From TPA_inf: Saccharomyces (taxonomy: Eukaryota), in NCBI GenBank assembly GCA_000146045.2, contig BK006941.2, positions 256,001 through 320,000 of the forward strand: a DNA stretch of 64,000 nt, written 5' to 3'. Positions 1 through 13,292 of the stretch are shown here, one piece after another. The position numbers were made by a program, and so were the translations under genes. Every line of letters begins with the position of its first letter. Within the stretch, counting starts at the first letter, position 1. The notes under the pieces were generated by a model that searched no databases, was not told the origin of the DNA, and worked only from the letters and a program-made list of their open reading frames with translations.

Positions 1-1
1 G

Positions 2-964
2 GTGGGGCTATTGAATGGAGGGAAAGGATTATATAGTTCCATGGGTGATGATTCGAGCGCGTGTATTAATGGCACTAATTTTAGCTCAACGTCCAATTTT
101 GAACTAAGTGATGATGAGCTAGAGGATACCACGGGTTGCACAAGTTCTATTTTTGATAAAGATCTTTTCCATCAACAAAACGGGCTAAGCATACCTCGCC
201 GTAGATCACCACTCTTCAAATCTCCAACTGCCAGTTTCGAAATTGGCGATGCTACGGATGTGGAGGAGCAAGATATTGATGACTCCATTTTTTCTGAATG
301 TAGCAGCATTACAAGCTTTGATATGGGAGGGTTGCATATCAGTCTACCACACGATGAAGAAGAAGATCAAGAAAAAACTAAGTCCGAAAGTGAAAACCCG
401 TTGCTACATGGCATACCGGTTGATGTAGAAGTGCCCCACATATCGGTTGATGAAGCTCTGGCGAATTTCAAGGAAACCATAGAACTACTACTAAAACTTA
501 GTGGCAATAGAAAGTGTACCGGTTTCAATACTAGAGTGGAGAAAAAAGAATACTCGAATTTCTACATGAAAAGTAAACCCACCTTATCATCAGCAGATTT
601 TCTCAAGAGAATCCAAGACAAATGTGAGTACCAGCCAACTGTTTACCTTGTGGCAACATTTTTAATTGACACGTTGTTTTTAACAAGGGATGGCAATAAC
701 ATTTTGCAGTTGAAGTTAAACTTACAGGAAAAGGAGGTCCATCGAATGATAATAGCAGCGGTTAGATTGAGCACGAAATTATTGGAAGATTTCGTTCACT
801 CACATGAATATTTTAGTAAAGTATGCGGTATTTCGAAACGGCTTTTGACTAAATTAGAAGTCAGTCTATTGATCTGTGTGTGCAATACTAAATTAATGGT
901 CAGTAACAGGAAATTAGCCGCCTCCAAATTACTTTTGAATGAACTACGGTCCTTCTGTGTATAG
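2..964 (+). CDS. PCL10: Pho85-family cyclin Pcl10, C-terminal about 320 aa; the N-terminus lies upstream of the window
   Basis: The ORF runs off the left window edge. A cyclin-box-like region is recognisable (KCEYQPTVYLVATFLIDTLF...HRMIIAAVRLSTKLLEDF). Its position immediately upstream of ITC1 matches the YGL134W-YGL133W order. Confidence 0.75.
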   Translation: MGLLNGGKGLYSSMGDDSSACINGTNFSSTSNFELSDDELEDTTGCTSSIFDKDLFHQQNGLSIPRRRSPLFKSPTASFEIGDATDVEEQDIDDSIFSECSSITSFDMGGLHISLPHDEEEDQEKTKSESENPLLHGIPVDVEVPHISVDEALANFKETIELLLKLSGNRKCTGFNTRVEKKEYSNFYMKSKPTLSSADFLKRIQDKCEYQPTVYLVATFLIDTLFLTRDGNNILQLKLNLQEKEVHRMIIAAVRLSTKLLEDFVHSHEYFSKVCGISKRLLTKLEVSLLICVCNTKLMVSNRKLAASKLLLNELRSFCV

Positions 965-1706
965 TTGATACAAGTATTTTAGATAATTATTTTAACGAAC
1001 GTAACGAATGCTTTCCAGTCAATAGCGGCACTGGTAATATGATACAAACAATTTCTCAATAAAACAACGACAAACTTAGTCTGTTTATATTTCCGTGCAA
1101 TGGTGGAAACCTGTACTCGATATTGGAGAAAACTTCAGAGCTTCCCAACAGTTATCCCGGATTCTTAATTGATGCTCTCGAAACGCACATAAAAATGTGA
1201 TTTTTTTACTCGCATTAAATTACTGTTGAATCTATGGTTCAAACAAATGTATATTTGCCTACACATCTTTCTCTGTCCCTTCTGTATTGTCTAACCTTAA
1301 AATAGAAATATTTCATGGTTTTATTTCTTTTAAGTTTATTATCCATTTTTAACGTGGTGAGAAAACCCGAAATGAAAAATAATAAAGGAAAATTATAGAG
1401 GAAAAAAAGTGTAGAAATAGAAAAAAAATAAAAAGGATAATACCGATCAGAAAAATCCTCTTTCTTGCTCTTCTTCTTTTCTTTGTATTTCTCCTGAAAA
1501 AATTCAGAAAAACATATATTGGGTTAAATACATAACTATTTAAAAGGCTGTAAACAATTCAACTGACATTAGATACATCACACTCAATTACTGTTGGAAA
1601 TAGGCAGATATATCCAGATTTTTACAATTACTATAGCACTTCCATTGAAGATATATAAAAAAAGAAAATAACAATAGGAGGAAGTAAAGAAAGCCGTTAA
1701 TAAACA

Positions 1707-4700
1707 ATGGTGTTATATAAAAGGAAACCTATATTACTTCCTGATCCAAAACCTTTACCATTGGATTTGAATGTACAAGTATGGCATATTGAAGAGACTG
1801 GAGAATGGTTTTCTAGTTACGAAGAATTTTTAGAAAGGTTTGATTTCTACACACGCCACCATTTTACATGCGAAATCACTGGTACTTCTTGCCTGACTTT
1901 TTTCCAAGCTCTGGATAGTGAGGAGACACAATTCAAATACGTCGAAGACAGATTCCCATTAAAGTTGAGAGAACCAGTTGCAAGATTTTTACATTTTAAC
2001 GGAATAAGAAGGTTAGATGCATTGGTGGAGAAAGTTTACGCAAGATTTAAAAATGACTTTTTCCCAGGAGAAGTTGTTTATCTACGTAAACAGAAAGACT
2101 CTTCTACCACAAGCTCTAATTCCCAACAAAGTACTCCTCAACCTGATGATATGGTCGAAATCAACAGTGTTGGTAATCCTGGCTTACCGCAGTACCAATA
2201 CCAAAGACGTTATGTTATCAAAGAAAAGGTCCAATTTAACGCAACGATAAATCCAGAGAGCAGGGAAATTGTGATGCCCGCTCATACTAAATACATGCTG
2301 ATAGAAGAAGCAGCTTCCAGTAATAAATCCTTCATTGTTGATCAAGGACAAATTTACAGGGACCGTTCCACTTTCACTAAGCACTTAATCAAATGTTTTT
2401 TCAAGATTACTTTACAGAGGGCATCTTCGAAAATGGGTGCACCTTGGTGTGTCAAACCGGAATATTTAGCGATGTATGGTTTAACGATGGAATGGCCAAA
2501 AGATATGTTAAAATATAAAGAAGATGAACCTGTCGTAGCAAGACGTTCCAACAGTGCCAATGTTTCATCCCCAGAAAGTGAAAAGAATAAACGTCAAAGT
2601 AAATCATCGGGTAAAAGTAACACCTCAAACGATGCTTCTAACAAAAAAGAAACCAAGAAAAAAAGAAAGCCAACCGAAGTAAATGATTCTGAGAATAATT
2701 CTTCGGAAGAAGACAAGAAGAAGGGTCAAAATGTCACATCAGAAACACATTCTAAAAAAAGGAAAAAGGAAGCCAATGAGGAACCGAACACGGAAAACGT
2801 CGAAAGCGTTCCTACACCAGCTAATGCGGAGCCTCAGGCTGTAACAATAACGAGCATAATGGATGACCTAGCTTTGCCATATCAACATCCACCGAACATC
2901 TTTCCAAACTTAACGTATTATAATGAAAAATTAGAATGTATTTCATTAGGTTCTACAAAACTTTCCAGACCTTTTGATTCTTTTGGAAAGCTATTACAAG
3001 CCTATCAGTTTCTGAATACGTTTGGTTCGAAAATTTGTCTCTCTCATTTTAGCCTTGACCAATTCATTACTTCTTTGAAATGTACAGACCCATATGAGTT
3101 AAAGGGCGAAGTTGTTTTAGTGAACATAAGAACGCAAACGTCTAAAGAACAAGAAATTGAAAATAACGGCCTGCCGATGAAAAACAAAGCAGAGACTACT
3201 ACTGAGGAAGACTCTGAAAACCCAAGTGACTGGCAAAGAAATTCATTTATTCGTGATATGATAATGAAAAGAAATTCCGACAAGGTTGAGTACAAGATTG
3301 TTCACGATGACCCAGCATCCGATGATATACTTGATAATATCAATCATAATGGGTCTGCTCTTCTCATTGAAGTTTTTACTGCGCTCTTACGTTTGTTCAT
3401 CAACGAAGAAGGCGATTGGAGTTGCATCGTCGTTGAAAACTGGATAATAGACGACAAGGGAGTCCTTATGGAGAGAAAAGATGAAAGAGGGGAGGGGGAG
3501 GCGAAGCAAAAACGAAATGCTCACGGATACTTTTTACAAGATAAGGAAAAGATCGACAACCTAAAGGACACATTAAAGGAAAACGCAACAGAAGTTCAAA
3601 AAGAATCAGACGCTAAAAACGAAACAAATTCAGAATCTGATTCTAAATCTGATTCTGACAGTGAAGAACGAGATCCTAAATTAGAAAAGTGTTTGAACTA
3701 CCGCAATGTTAACTGGATAGAACGCTTGACGAAAAGGCAATTTAATAACAGTTACTGGCTAATAATTTTACTGGGAGTCTTAGAAGATTGTAGACATCTT
3801 CCCATGTATACAGAGTTTATTGATTCTTTCATAGAAAAGATCATACCCAAAGATATATCAGCTACTCAATTGCCCAAACAGCTTTGGAGAAATTTCTGTC
3901 GAAAGCTGTCGTTCAGTGACAAAGTCAATGCGCTGTGGATACTTGTAGATCTCGTATCGCATTTTTCTCCAGATATCAAAGCTGCTGTAGATGATTCCAT
4001 GGAACTATGTGGTCAAATTCGTAGCGAAAGATTCAAAGTTGCGAGAGAGTTGAAAACGGAGGCAGCCGTCTTAAGTAATCTTCAAGGCGACCTGCAGGCA
4101 ATTCAAGAGAAGTTAAATAAAACAGATGAAAACACACCATCAGCCGATGGTGCCGATAAAAAAGATGATTCCGAATCAAATAGTGAACCAATTGATCTTA
4201 TTATCATTGAGAAAAAGCAAAAGTTAATTGAAGAGCAGGATAAAAAGGTACAAGCTTTACAATCAGATAAAAATTTCCTCGATAATTGTCTATTTGAAAA
4301 CGATCTACAAAGATTAAAGCCGTTGGGATTGGATCGATACGGGAACAGGTATTTTTGGCTGGATCACAATGGTGTTCCATTTCCTCAATATCCTGCTGGT
4401 ATGAATGAGACGCCGAAAAGTAACAATAGTTTGAGTTATCACTCCGGTCGTTTATTAATTCAGGGACCTAAAGCATCATCGGCGAAATTCTTTTTGAACG
4501 TCAGTGATGAGCAATTGAGCAATTGGCAAAAAATCAGAAATTCCGAAGGAATATCCGAGGCAACTAGGGAAGTATTTGGTATCTCCAAAACTAGTTCCGG
4601 ATCTTATAATTACGTAGAAAATGGAATAGAGGTCGAACTATTGGACAGTAATGATCGCGTAAACCCACTTATAGAGCTGACACCTATTCAAAAGAAAATT

Positions 4701-5501
4701 ATGGATGAAACACCTTCAAGGTTGCTACTATCACCAGATCAATGGTATTGCATTGACAAGTTAGAGGACTTGTCAAGAATAATGGACTGGTTAGATAATT
4801 GGGGTCGCAAAGAGCATGATCTCTTGAGGCAAATCAGACCCATAATGGAACGAATTAAAAGTTCCCTTAGCTTGCGCGACCATGCGCTGTCACTGACAGC
4901 ATTCACCAAAAATGAAGAAAAGTTGCTAAAGGAGTTAGAAAATAATGAATTTACCGAAAACGAATTGAACGTTGATAGTATGGATGTTGATGATAAAAAT
5001 AGCGGTGTTAAAAGTGAGGTTGATGTACAGGTTGATGCCGAAGAGAAGAGAGAAGCTGTGATAGACGAAAAGTTGGAGGTGATTGCAGACGAACTCATGA
5101 AGCTAGATGATAGCTCGAAAACACGCAATGTTCTTAATAGAATACAAGAATTAGAAGATCAGAGAGATGAACTCTTGGAACAGAAAAAATCCATAATAAA
5201 TTCGCAGAGGCCAGGCGCGAGGATTTTAGCCCGTTCAGAAAGGAAAAGAACCAAAATCTCCCGTGGTAATAAGGTGAATAAGCAGATTGAAATATTGACT
5301 GACTTAGTCAATTATAGACATTTTAAAGCTATGGAAGATGTGATAGCTTGGAAAAACGTTTTAGCAAATTCGATATGGGGTTCCTCACTTCGCAAAAATG
5401 CATCTGGTAATAAAAGGAGTGGTGTCATTGAAACAGTAGACGATAAATTAAAAGATATAGTGGGCCAAACCTCAAGAACAGTAACACCTGCCCCAAATTA
5501 A
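1707..5501 (+). CDS. ITC1: Isw2 chromatin-remodelling complex subunit Itc1
   Basis: A single 1264-aa ORF whose length and sequence I recognise as Itc1 (YGL133W). It has a conserved N-terminal region and long acidic/Ser/Lys-rich low-complexity linkers. Confidence 0.9.
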   Translation: MVLYKRKPILLPDPKPLPLDLNVQVWHIEETGEWFSSYEEFLERFDFYTRHHFTCEITGTSCLTFFQALDSEETQFKYVEDRFPLKLREPVARFLHFNGIRRLDALVEKVYARFKNDFFPGEVVYLRKQKDSSTTSSNSQQSTPQPDDMVEINSVGNPGLPQYQYQRRYVIKEKVQFNATINPESREIVMPAHTKYMLIEEAASSNKSFIVDQGQIYRDRSTFTKHLIKCFFKITLQRASSKMGAPWCVKPEYLAMYGLTMEWPKDMLKYKEDEPVVARRSNSANVSSPESEKNKRQSKSSGKSNTSNDASNKKETKKKRKPTEVNDSENNSSEEDKKKGQNVTSETHSKKRKKEANEEPNTENVESVPTPANAEPQAVTITSIMDDLALPYQHPPNIFPNLTYYNEKLECISLGSTKLSRPFDSFGKLLQAYQFLNTFGSKICLSHFSLDQFITSLKCTDPYELKGEVVLVNIRTQTSKEQEIENNGLPMKNKAETTTEEDSENPSDWQRNSFIRDMIMKRNSDKVEYKIVHDDPASDDILDNINHNGSALLIEVFTALLRLFINEEGDWSCIVVENWIIDDKGVLMERKDERGEGEAKQKRNAHGYFLQDKEKIDNLKDTLKENATEVQKESDAKNETNSESDSKSDSDSEERDPKLEKCLNYRNVNWIERLTKRQFNNSYWLIILLGVLEDCRHLPMYTEFIDSFIEKIIPKDISATQLPKQLWRNFCRKLSFSDKVNALWILVDLVSHFSPDIKAAVDDSMELCGQIRSERFKVARELKTEAAVLSNLQGDLQAIQEKLNKTDENTPSADGADKKDDSESNSEPIDLIIIEKKQKLIEEQDKKVQALQSDKNFLDNCLFENDLQRLKPLGLDRYGNRYFWLDHNGVPFPQYPAGMNETPKSNNSLSYHSGRLLIQGPKASSAKFFLNVSDEQLSNWQKIRNSEGISEATREVFGISKTSSGSYNYVENGIEVELLDSNDRVNPLIELTPIQKKIMDETPSRLLLSPDQWYCIDKLEDLSRIMDWLDNWGRKEHDLLRQIRPIMERIKSSLSLRDHALSLTAFTKNEEKLLKELENNEFTENELNVDSMDVDDKNSGVKSEVDVQVDAEEKREAVIDEKLEVIADELMKLDDSSKTRNVLNRIQELEDQRDELLEQKKSIINSQRPGARILARSERKRTKISRGNKVNKQIEILTDLVNYRHFKAMEDVIAWKNVLANSIWGSSLRKNASGNKRSGVIETVDDKLKDIVGQTSRTVTPAPN

Positions 5502-5647
5502 TATATAAAAAACTTCCTTTGTAACTGATGGTAAATTGTAGTATTCATAAATAGGATAAGATTATTCATTGTAAGCATAATGGAAAAAAATAACACAACA
5601 AAGCCGCGCAAGATTGGACCATACTTTCTATCTAAGGTAACTATCAC

Positions 5648-8600
5648 TTACTGGCTTGATGGATGCGTATTTTTGTCGGTACCAGCTTCTGAAATATCGA
5701 TATCAAACATAGCTGGCTCAATTCCTTCCATCAATTGCTGGGTAATTTCGACTGGTAAACCGTTATCGTTAGAGATATTAGCAGATGCGCTATCAAAATC
5801 GAGTTCTTGGGCACCTGATCTCAAATTGCAAGAATGGCAAATAATATCTTCATACCAGTATAAACTTTTGTTTGTACCACAATGTGGGCAAGTCCTTTCG
5901 AAAGGAAGTACGTAAATTTTGGGTTTAATAGCAGAGTCGTGTGAGTTTCCTGGCATTTCGCCGTGTCGCAGTCTAAGCTGTTCAAAATATCTCAACTCCA
6001 CTAGACTATGGTCAGATTCGCACTTATAATATCTGCAGTATTGTTCTATGTATGACAGAGTATGTTGAGGCTTGTACGATAATGGATAAAGTTCGTTTCC
6101 TTCTAAGCTGATATCGTGTCTATCGCATATTAGTATAGGTCTCAAAGTGTATGTATCGTTAAGCTTGACATCCTTTATGCACGGTAGAGTGGTGTCTACA
6201 GACATATTTTTCTTTTCAAACATAAGCTTAAAATTGGAGCTGTTCTGTGCACATGTAATATGATACCTATATTGGCATTTGTTACACTTCACTAACCCAC
6301 CTCCATTTATCCTGCACACACCACATGTAAATCTACTATGTTTAATAAGCACAGCAGTGGTATTAAGGGCAGGTTGCATTGATTGTCCGTTTCCATATTT
6401 GATATCTTCATTGAAAAGTGAGCAAACCAAATGCACCCATGTCCCTAAGCTCGTGCATTTCAATGCGTCTGGACATATTTTAAATGATTGGCTCCTATAT
6501 CTATCATAGTCATAGTCCTTCGTAGGACACATACTACATTGGTAGGTCGTTGATATTATAGGATTGAGGTCATTTGAACAAGGGTCACATAACCATTTAA
6601 ATGTCTTAAGGTTAGTGTTTTTCTTCATATCTTTCGGCAGTTTAATAGCATAACAGAAGTAGTGTACTGTAAGTCCACAATTACCACATACTACCTCATA
6701 GTTGTCATTGTCGTTAAATTTTTCTTTGCAGACACTACAAAAAGTCCTTGCGCTATTATTTGCCCATGCTGTATCAGGATTTTTTGGTTTATTCTTAGTG
6801 TGTTTCAAAATCATGTCTTTCTCTAACATTTTGCTCGGTTTATTACCATCATGGTATTTTTCAAGGGCGACAGAAGTTTCCTTAGAATGTGAAATAACTG
6901 TATAATTGTACGATGCCCCGTTTGGTTCGTTTAACGGATTACTTAACGCTATGTCATTGATCATTTTGATCTTCTTCGTTGAAGGTTCATTATATTTTGG
7001 CAGCTTATTATTCACTAACTTTAAGCTATTCCGTAATCGCTGAAATGTTTTGTTATCAAATTTGACAAATTTAAAACCTTTATCTACAGACACTGAACCA
7101 GAAGAACTGCCGCCTGTTTTAATTGAAATTTCTATCAAATCATTCGAAGCATTAGTGATTTTAGGAATATTGTTATTACTAGCCTTCTCGATAAATACAT
7201 CGTTGCACTTGCGATTTCGGCTTGTATCACTTGTTTTGATAGTACCAGGTGATTGTCGAATTATGTTCACGGGAAATTCGTCCTTTGTGTTTTTCGCTCT
7301 TTCTGGCTTTTGTTCAGGGATGGCTTTTCTTACCTCTTTGTTGTCCTCTATAAATAGCTCAAGATCTCGTTGCATCGTCTCCGGGTGAAACTCATTCTTT
7401 CGATATGATCTCACAGCCATTTTGTAGAGTTGCGTGTGGAATGTCATGGAATACCGCTTCATTTTCACAAATGAATTTGGGTTCTTGTAAACTTTCATTC
7501 TTTGCCTGATAATTAGCTCTGAATCCTGAACAAGTTCCCATTCTAGTAGTTTATTATGAGCTTGAAAGGGAGATAACGTAAACTTGTTTGTGTTATTCTC
7601 CTCTATAATCCCTTCTATCGCTGAATAAAAACTATTCTGACAGGTTCCCGTTATTTTTCTCAATGTTTCAAGCGGTGGTACCCACTTAATTGCGTATCTT
7701 CGCCACATACGAGCACAACGAATGCAAAGAGCGCCAAGTTTTTCATTCTTTTTGCTATGGGCAGGCGATTTCTCTGAAATTTCTGTTTTTTCGTTGACTC
7801 CTGTCTGCATTCTTATCTTGATCTTTTCATCATCTGAACCTCCAGTAACTCTATACCACATCGGGGAGTAATCTGTTTTACAAAACATGCATTGGAAGGA
7901 GGATTCTGCTAAAGAGAGTTTCTCAGTATCAAAAGAAGAATCATCTATATACTTTGTCTCTACGTCATTTTCATGATTAGCGATTTCTTTTTTTCTTTTA
8001 TTCTTTGATAACTTACTCAATTTCCCTCTCACGGTAAGGCCTCTTTCAGTCTTTTTCCAATTGTAATAAAATCTAACAATCATCGACATAGGTTGAGTGC
8101 CCACATACTCACACACTGGGCGTAATTCACTCCCAAATTTCTCGACAGCTTCCTCAAACTTTCGGATCTCCACGGCGGTAAAACTTGGCTCTTTCAAAAA
8201 TTTTCTGGAAAGCTCCCTTTTACATTTTTTAAATGCCTCTGCTGTATCATAATTTGTAAATAATAAATTCTTTAGGACTACATCAATGAAATTACAAGTC
8301 TCACCTCTCACATTGAGAATAGGGCATATTTCGCTTTTGCATTGTTCAATATATTCACTCAATTTTCGAGTAGTAATTTTTGATGCATCAAGTACCCATG
8401 CTAGTTCCGAAGTTTTCGTTGAGCCTCGCTCTTCTTCTGAATTTGCACTTATATACGAGTTCCGCCTCCAGGGCACATTATGATTACATCCGTTCCATTG
8501 ATACTTCACTCCTACCCTAGAGGGTTTGAAAGGATATGGAAAAAACATAGAATCATTTAATGCGTCACCAATATGAGAAATGGAATATATTCCTAAGTAT

Positions 8601-9859
8601 TGAAACCAGCAATTTTCGGTATTATAACCAACATTCTCTTTGATAGCTTTGCTAGAAATTTCTTCAATTTTTTGTCTTACAGAGCGAATAAAATCCAGTT
8701 CCAGTGCTTGTTCTTCTAGAAACCTAACATGCGAGTCCTTAGTACCTTGTTGTTTCTGTAAGCAACTGAAGCAGGTCCAAACGACGTCTTTGTTCGGCTT
8801 CCTGTCAAGTGGCGGATCCATACAGTATAGATGTGCACAAACGCCGCATTCATCACATGAAAGGCTCTCCTTTTGGATACACCATTCTTTACAGAACTGA
8901 CATCTTTTATCCCATTGGTAGTCTGCAGGACTTAATTCGTTTACCTCTAGTTCATGGAAAACGTATTTCTTCAAAACGTTCTCCAATGGATACTTCGGTT
9001 CTGTATAGATATAACGAAATCTCCTATTCAAAACATAAAGAAATGGCGACTTACTGTTCCATTTATTTAATATTTTATCCGTGCTGTAAACTTTGTAATA
9101 TTTCAAAGTATATCTGTCAAAAAGTTCATCAAAGTAAAAGATATTGGGTCGTATAATGCATTCCTTCTCATTAGGAAGAACATCAAAAACTTCGTCTTTA
9201 TGAAATATACTACATTTTCCCCTGTATGATGAAATAGGACATATGTCCTGGTGTAATGATGCATACACCAACCTTGGGTTAAAAGTATTTACGTGCTCTT
9301 GAATATCCCTAGGACGATAAAACCAATTCATTCTAACTTGAAAAAATTTAGCAGGGAAGACCGATGTTGTCTTTATAGCTTCATGAATAGTGTTAGAAAA
9401 TTCTGGTTTACTAACAAAATTTACAACTCTGCCAACATAATAAGGCTCGCCAGCAGGCTCTGATATCATATAAATAGTGTCGTTCGCAGATAAAAGGACA
9501 GATTCTGTATTGAAAAGAGACATCTTTTTCAAGTCAATCATGGCATCATCTAGATCAAGTATGTTAGAGAATCTGCTATTCTTTCTGAACGAAGGGGGTA
9601 ATGTAGGGATAAAGTTCCAGCAAGTATTCTTATCATGAAGGAATTTTTGGTACTTGAATTTCTCGTTTCTACTAGCTGGATTGCTTGTCCTTTTACAATT
9701 CCTGGGAGTTTGGCTATTGCTACCCTTGGTCTTAGCACCACTTTTTTCCGCTATTTGTATTTGTTGAACTAATTTAGTATCTATTTCCATTTCATTATAA
9801 TTCACGTTTTTAGCAGCCTCTCTTCTTCTAGGTAATTGGAAATCTTCTTCTTTAGGCAT
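5648..9859 (-). CDS. SNT2: Snt2, a BAH/PHD/SANT-domain E3 ligase and chromatin protein
   Basis: A 1403-aa ORF with several Cys/His-rich PHD/RING-type fingers (CDECGVCAHLYCMDPP..WTCFSCL; CSVCKEKFNDNDNYEVVCGNCGLTVHYFCY; CGVCRINGGGLVKCNKCQYRYHITC). Length and sequence match Snt2 (YGL131C). Confidence 0.9.
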   Translation of the reverse strand: MPKEEDFQLPRRREAAKNVNYNEMEIDTKLVQQIQIAEKSGAKTKGSNSQTPRNCKRTSNPASRNEKFKYQKFLHDKNTCWNFIPTLPPSFRKNSRFSNILDLDDAMIDLKKMSLFNTESVLLSANDTIYMISEPAGEPYYVGRVVNFVSKPEFSNTIHEAIKTTSVFPAKFFQVRMNWFYRPRDIQEHVNTFNPRLVYASLHQDICPISSYRGKCSIFHKDEVFDVLPNEKECIIRPNIFYFDELFDRYTLKYYKVYSTDKILNKWNSKSPFLYVLNRRFRYIYTEPKYPLENVLKKYVFHELEVNELSPADYQWDKRCQFCKEWCIQKESLSCDECGVCAHLYCMDPPLDRKPNKDVVWTCFSCLQKQQGTKDSHVRFLEEQALELDFIRSVRQKIEEISSKAIKENVGYNTENCWFQYLGIYSISHIGDALNDSMFFPYPFKPSRVGVKYQWNGCNHNVPWRRNSYISANSEEERGSTKTSELAWVLDASKITTRKLSEYIEQCKSEICPILNVRGETCNFIDVVLKNLLFTNYDTAEAFKKCKRELSRKFLKEPSFTAVEIRKFEEAVEKFGSELRPVCEYVGTQPMSMIVRFYYNWKKTERGLTVRGKLSKLSKNKRKKEIANHENDVETKYIDDSSFDTEKLSLAESSFQCMFCKTDYSPMWYRVTGGSDDEKIKIRMQTGVNEKTEISEKSPAHSKKNEKLGALCIRCARMWRRYAIKWVPPLETLRKITGTCQNSFYSAIEGIIEENNTNKFTLSPFQAHNKLLEWELVQDSELIIRQRMKVYKNPNSFVKMKRYSMTFHTQLYKMAVRSYRKNEFHPETMQRDLELFIEDNKEVRKAIPEQKPERAKNTKDEFPVNIIRQSPGTIKTSDTSRNRKCNDVFIEKASNNNIPKITNASNDLIEISIKTGGSSSGSVSVDKGFKFVKFDNKTFQRLRNSLKLVNNKLPKYNEPSTKKIKMINDIALSNPLNEPNGASYNYTVISHSKETSVALEKYHDGNKPSKMLEKDMILKHTKNKPKNPDTAWANNSARTFCSVCKEKFNDNDNYEVVCGNCGLTVHYFCYAIKLPKDMKKNTNLKTFKWLCDPCSNDLNPIISTTYQCSMCPTKDYDYDRYRSQSFKICPDALKCTSLGTWVHLVCSLFNEDIKYGNGQSMQPALNTTAVLIKHSRFTCGVCRINGGGLVKCNKCQYRYHITCAQNSSNFKLMFEKKNMSVDTTLPCIKDVKLNDTYTLRPILICDRHDISLEGNELYPLSYKPQHTLSYIEQYCRYYKCESDHSLVELRYFEQLRLRHGEMPGNSHDSAIKPKIYVLPFERTCPHCGTNKSLYWYEDIICHSCNLRSGAQELDFDSASANISNDNGLPVEITQQLMEGIEPAMFDIDISEAGTDKNTHPSSQ

Positions 9860-10144
9860 AGCGTGACCAGCTGAAAGGCAGATGATCTCAATATGTCCCG
9901 ATAGGCCAATTTTGCCACCAGATAGTTCGATGGCATTTTATTTTTAGTCCTTTTGAAAGCAATATCATAAAATATATATAGTTCTCCATGATGTTCGGGT
10001 CAGTCGCTCCGAAGCGTAACCTAGTATAATAAATAGTTCATTGCAGAAAATAACGAAAGAAATGGTGGAATACGATCTGTTATATCTAAACTAAAGCTAA
10101 CTAACGGAATAAGCAAATACGAATCGACCGCTAATTTAACAAAT

Positions 10145-11524
10145 ATGGTTTTAGCAATGGAAAGTAGAGTGGCACCGGAAATTCCTGGGCTCATTCAACC
10201 TGGGAATGTCACGCAAGACTTGAAGATGATGGTCTGTAAATTATTGAATTCCCCAAAACCTACGAAAACATTCCCTGGTTCCCAGCCTGTGTCCTTTCAG
10301 CATTCTGATGTGGAAGAGAAGCTGCTTGCGCATGATTACTACGTTTGTGAGAAAACAGATGGTCTGCGGGTGTTGATGTTTATAGTGATAAATCCTGTGA
10401 CGGGTGAGCAAGGATGCTTTATGATTGATAGGGAAAATAACTATTATCTGGTTAATGGATTTAGGTTTCCCAGATTACCCCAAAAGAAGAAAGAAGAGCT
10501 GCTAGAGACTCTTCAAGATGGCACCTTATTAGATGGTGAACTTGTCATACAAACTAACCCAATGACAAAATTACAAGAGTTGCGTTATTTAATGTTCGAT
10601 TGTCTTGCTATCAATGGTAGATGTCTCACACAATCACCAACAAGTTCTAGACTAGCCCACCTTGGAAAAGAATTTTTTAAACCATACTTCGATTTAAGAG
10701 CAGCGTACCCTAATCGTTGTACTACTTTTCCGTTCAAAATTTCCATGAAACATATGGATTTCAGTTACCAATTAGTAAAAGTTGCTAAAAGTTTAGATAA
10801 ACTACCACATCTTTCTGATGGTCTGATATTTACTCCTGTGAAGGCACCTTACACTGCCGGCGGAAAAGATTCATTGTTATTAAAATGGAAGCCAGAACAA
10901 GAAAACACCGTGGACTTCAAATTGATTTTAGATATCCCAATGGTGGAGGATCCTTCTTTGCCTAAAGATGATCGGAACAGGTGGTATTACAATTATGACG
11001 TTAAGCCAGTTTTCAGCTTATATGTCTGGCAAGGCGGAGCTGATGTCAATTCACGTTTAAAACATTTCGACCAGCCTTTCGATAGGAAGGAATTTGAAAT
11101 ATTAGAAAGAACATACAGAAAATTTGCAGAGTTGAGCGTTTCAGATGAGGAATGGCAAAATTTGAAGAACCTAGAACAGCCATTAAATGGTAGAATAGTA
11201 GAGTGCGCAAAAAACCAAGAGACTGGGGCGTGGGAAATGTTAAGATTCAGGGATGATAAGTTAAATGGTAATCATACATCGGTGGTCCAGAAAGTTTTGG
11301 AGAGTATCAACGATTCAGTTTCATTGGAGGACCTCGAGGAAATTGTTGGTGATATTAAAAGGTGCTGGGACGAGAGAAGAGCAAATATGGCTGGTGGTAG
11401 TGGGAGACCACTACCGTCTCAAAGTCAAAATGCGACATTATCTACCTCTAAGCCAGTCCATTCACAGCCCCCAAGTAATGATAAGGAGCCAAAATATGTA
11501 GACGAGGATGATTGGTCGGATTAG
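10145..11524 (+). CDS. CEG1: mRNA guanylyltransferase (capping enzyme alpha subunit)
   Basis: 459 aa, carrying the covalent nucleotidyltransferase motif I KTDGLR and the downstream LLDGELV / DGLIF / LLKWK motifs typical of capping enzymes and ligases. Confidence 0.92.
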   Translation: MVLAMESRVAPEIPGLIQPGNVTQDLKMMVCKLLNSPKPTKTFPGSQPVSFQHSDVEEKLLAHDYYVCEKTDGLRVLMFIVINPVTGEQGCFMIDRENNYYLVNGFRFPRLPQKKKEELLETLQDGTLLDGELVIQTNPMTKLQELRYLMFDCLAINGRCLTQSPTSSRLAHLGKEFFKPYFDLRAAYPNRCTTFPFKISMKHMDFSYQLVKVAKSLDKLPHLSDGLIFTPVKAPYTAGGKDSLLLKWKPEQENTVDFKLILDIPMVEDPSLPKDDRNRWYYNYDVKPVFSLYVWQGGADVNSRLKHFDQPFDRKEFEILERTYRKFAELSVSDEEWQNLKNLEQPLNGRIVECAKNQETGAWEMLRFRDDKLNGNHTSVVQKVLESINDSVSLEDLEEIVGDIKRCWDERRANMAGGSGRPLPSQSQNATLSTSKPVHSQPPSNDKEPKYVDEDDWSD

Positions 11525-11722
11525 GCTAAGAAGTGTTCGTATCGACATATATCGGTGTAAGAATTTTGTGTATGAATAAGATAGAAAAGCAAAAGCAATT
11601 GCTTTTGCTAAATTAATTCAGTTAGTTATCTATTTATATGTACATGAGAAATGGGAGAATTTTGAGAAGCGAGGGTGAAAGTGTTATATACGCATATACA
11701 TGTATATATATGCGCATGCTTA

Positions 11723-13117
<1,395 letters not shown>

Positions 13118-13292
13118 TTAATGTTTTCCCTCGAAGTATAGAAGTTGATGTATATATACAATATACATATATATATATTCTTGTACATAGTACTTGCTGA
13201 GTTTCCTTTTCTTTTTCTTCCGTTTTGTAAGAAAGCCCCGGAAAATATAGTGTTCCATAGGATAAAGAAAAACAGGCATACATATGTGCAAG

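Noticed and set aside
4739-5128. 129-aa Ser-rich ORF antisense to ITC1
   Set aside because: It mirrors the acidic/Glu-rich coding tract of ITC1 (GAA/GAT codons read as TTC/ATC, giving Ser/Phe/Ile-rich antisense); an artefact.
5580-5915. 111-aa plus-strand ORF overlapping the 3' end of SNT2 (the position of the dubious YGL132W)
   Set aside because: It overlaps the well-supported SNT2 CDS on the opposite strand and has no recognisable features; likely non-coding.
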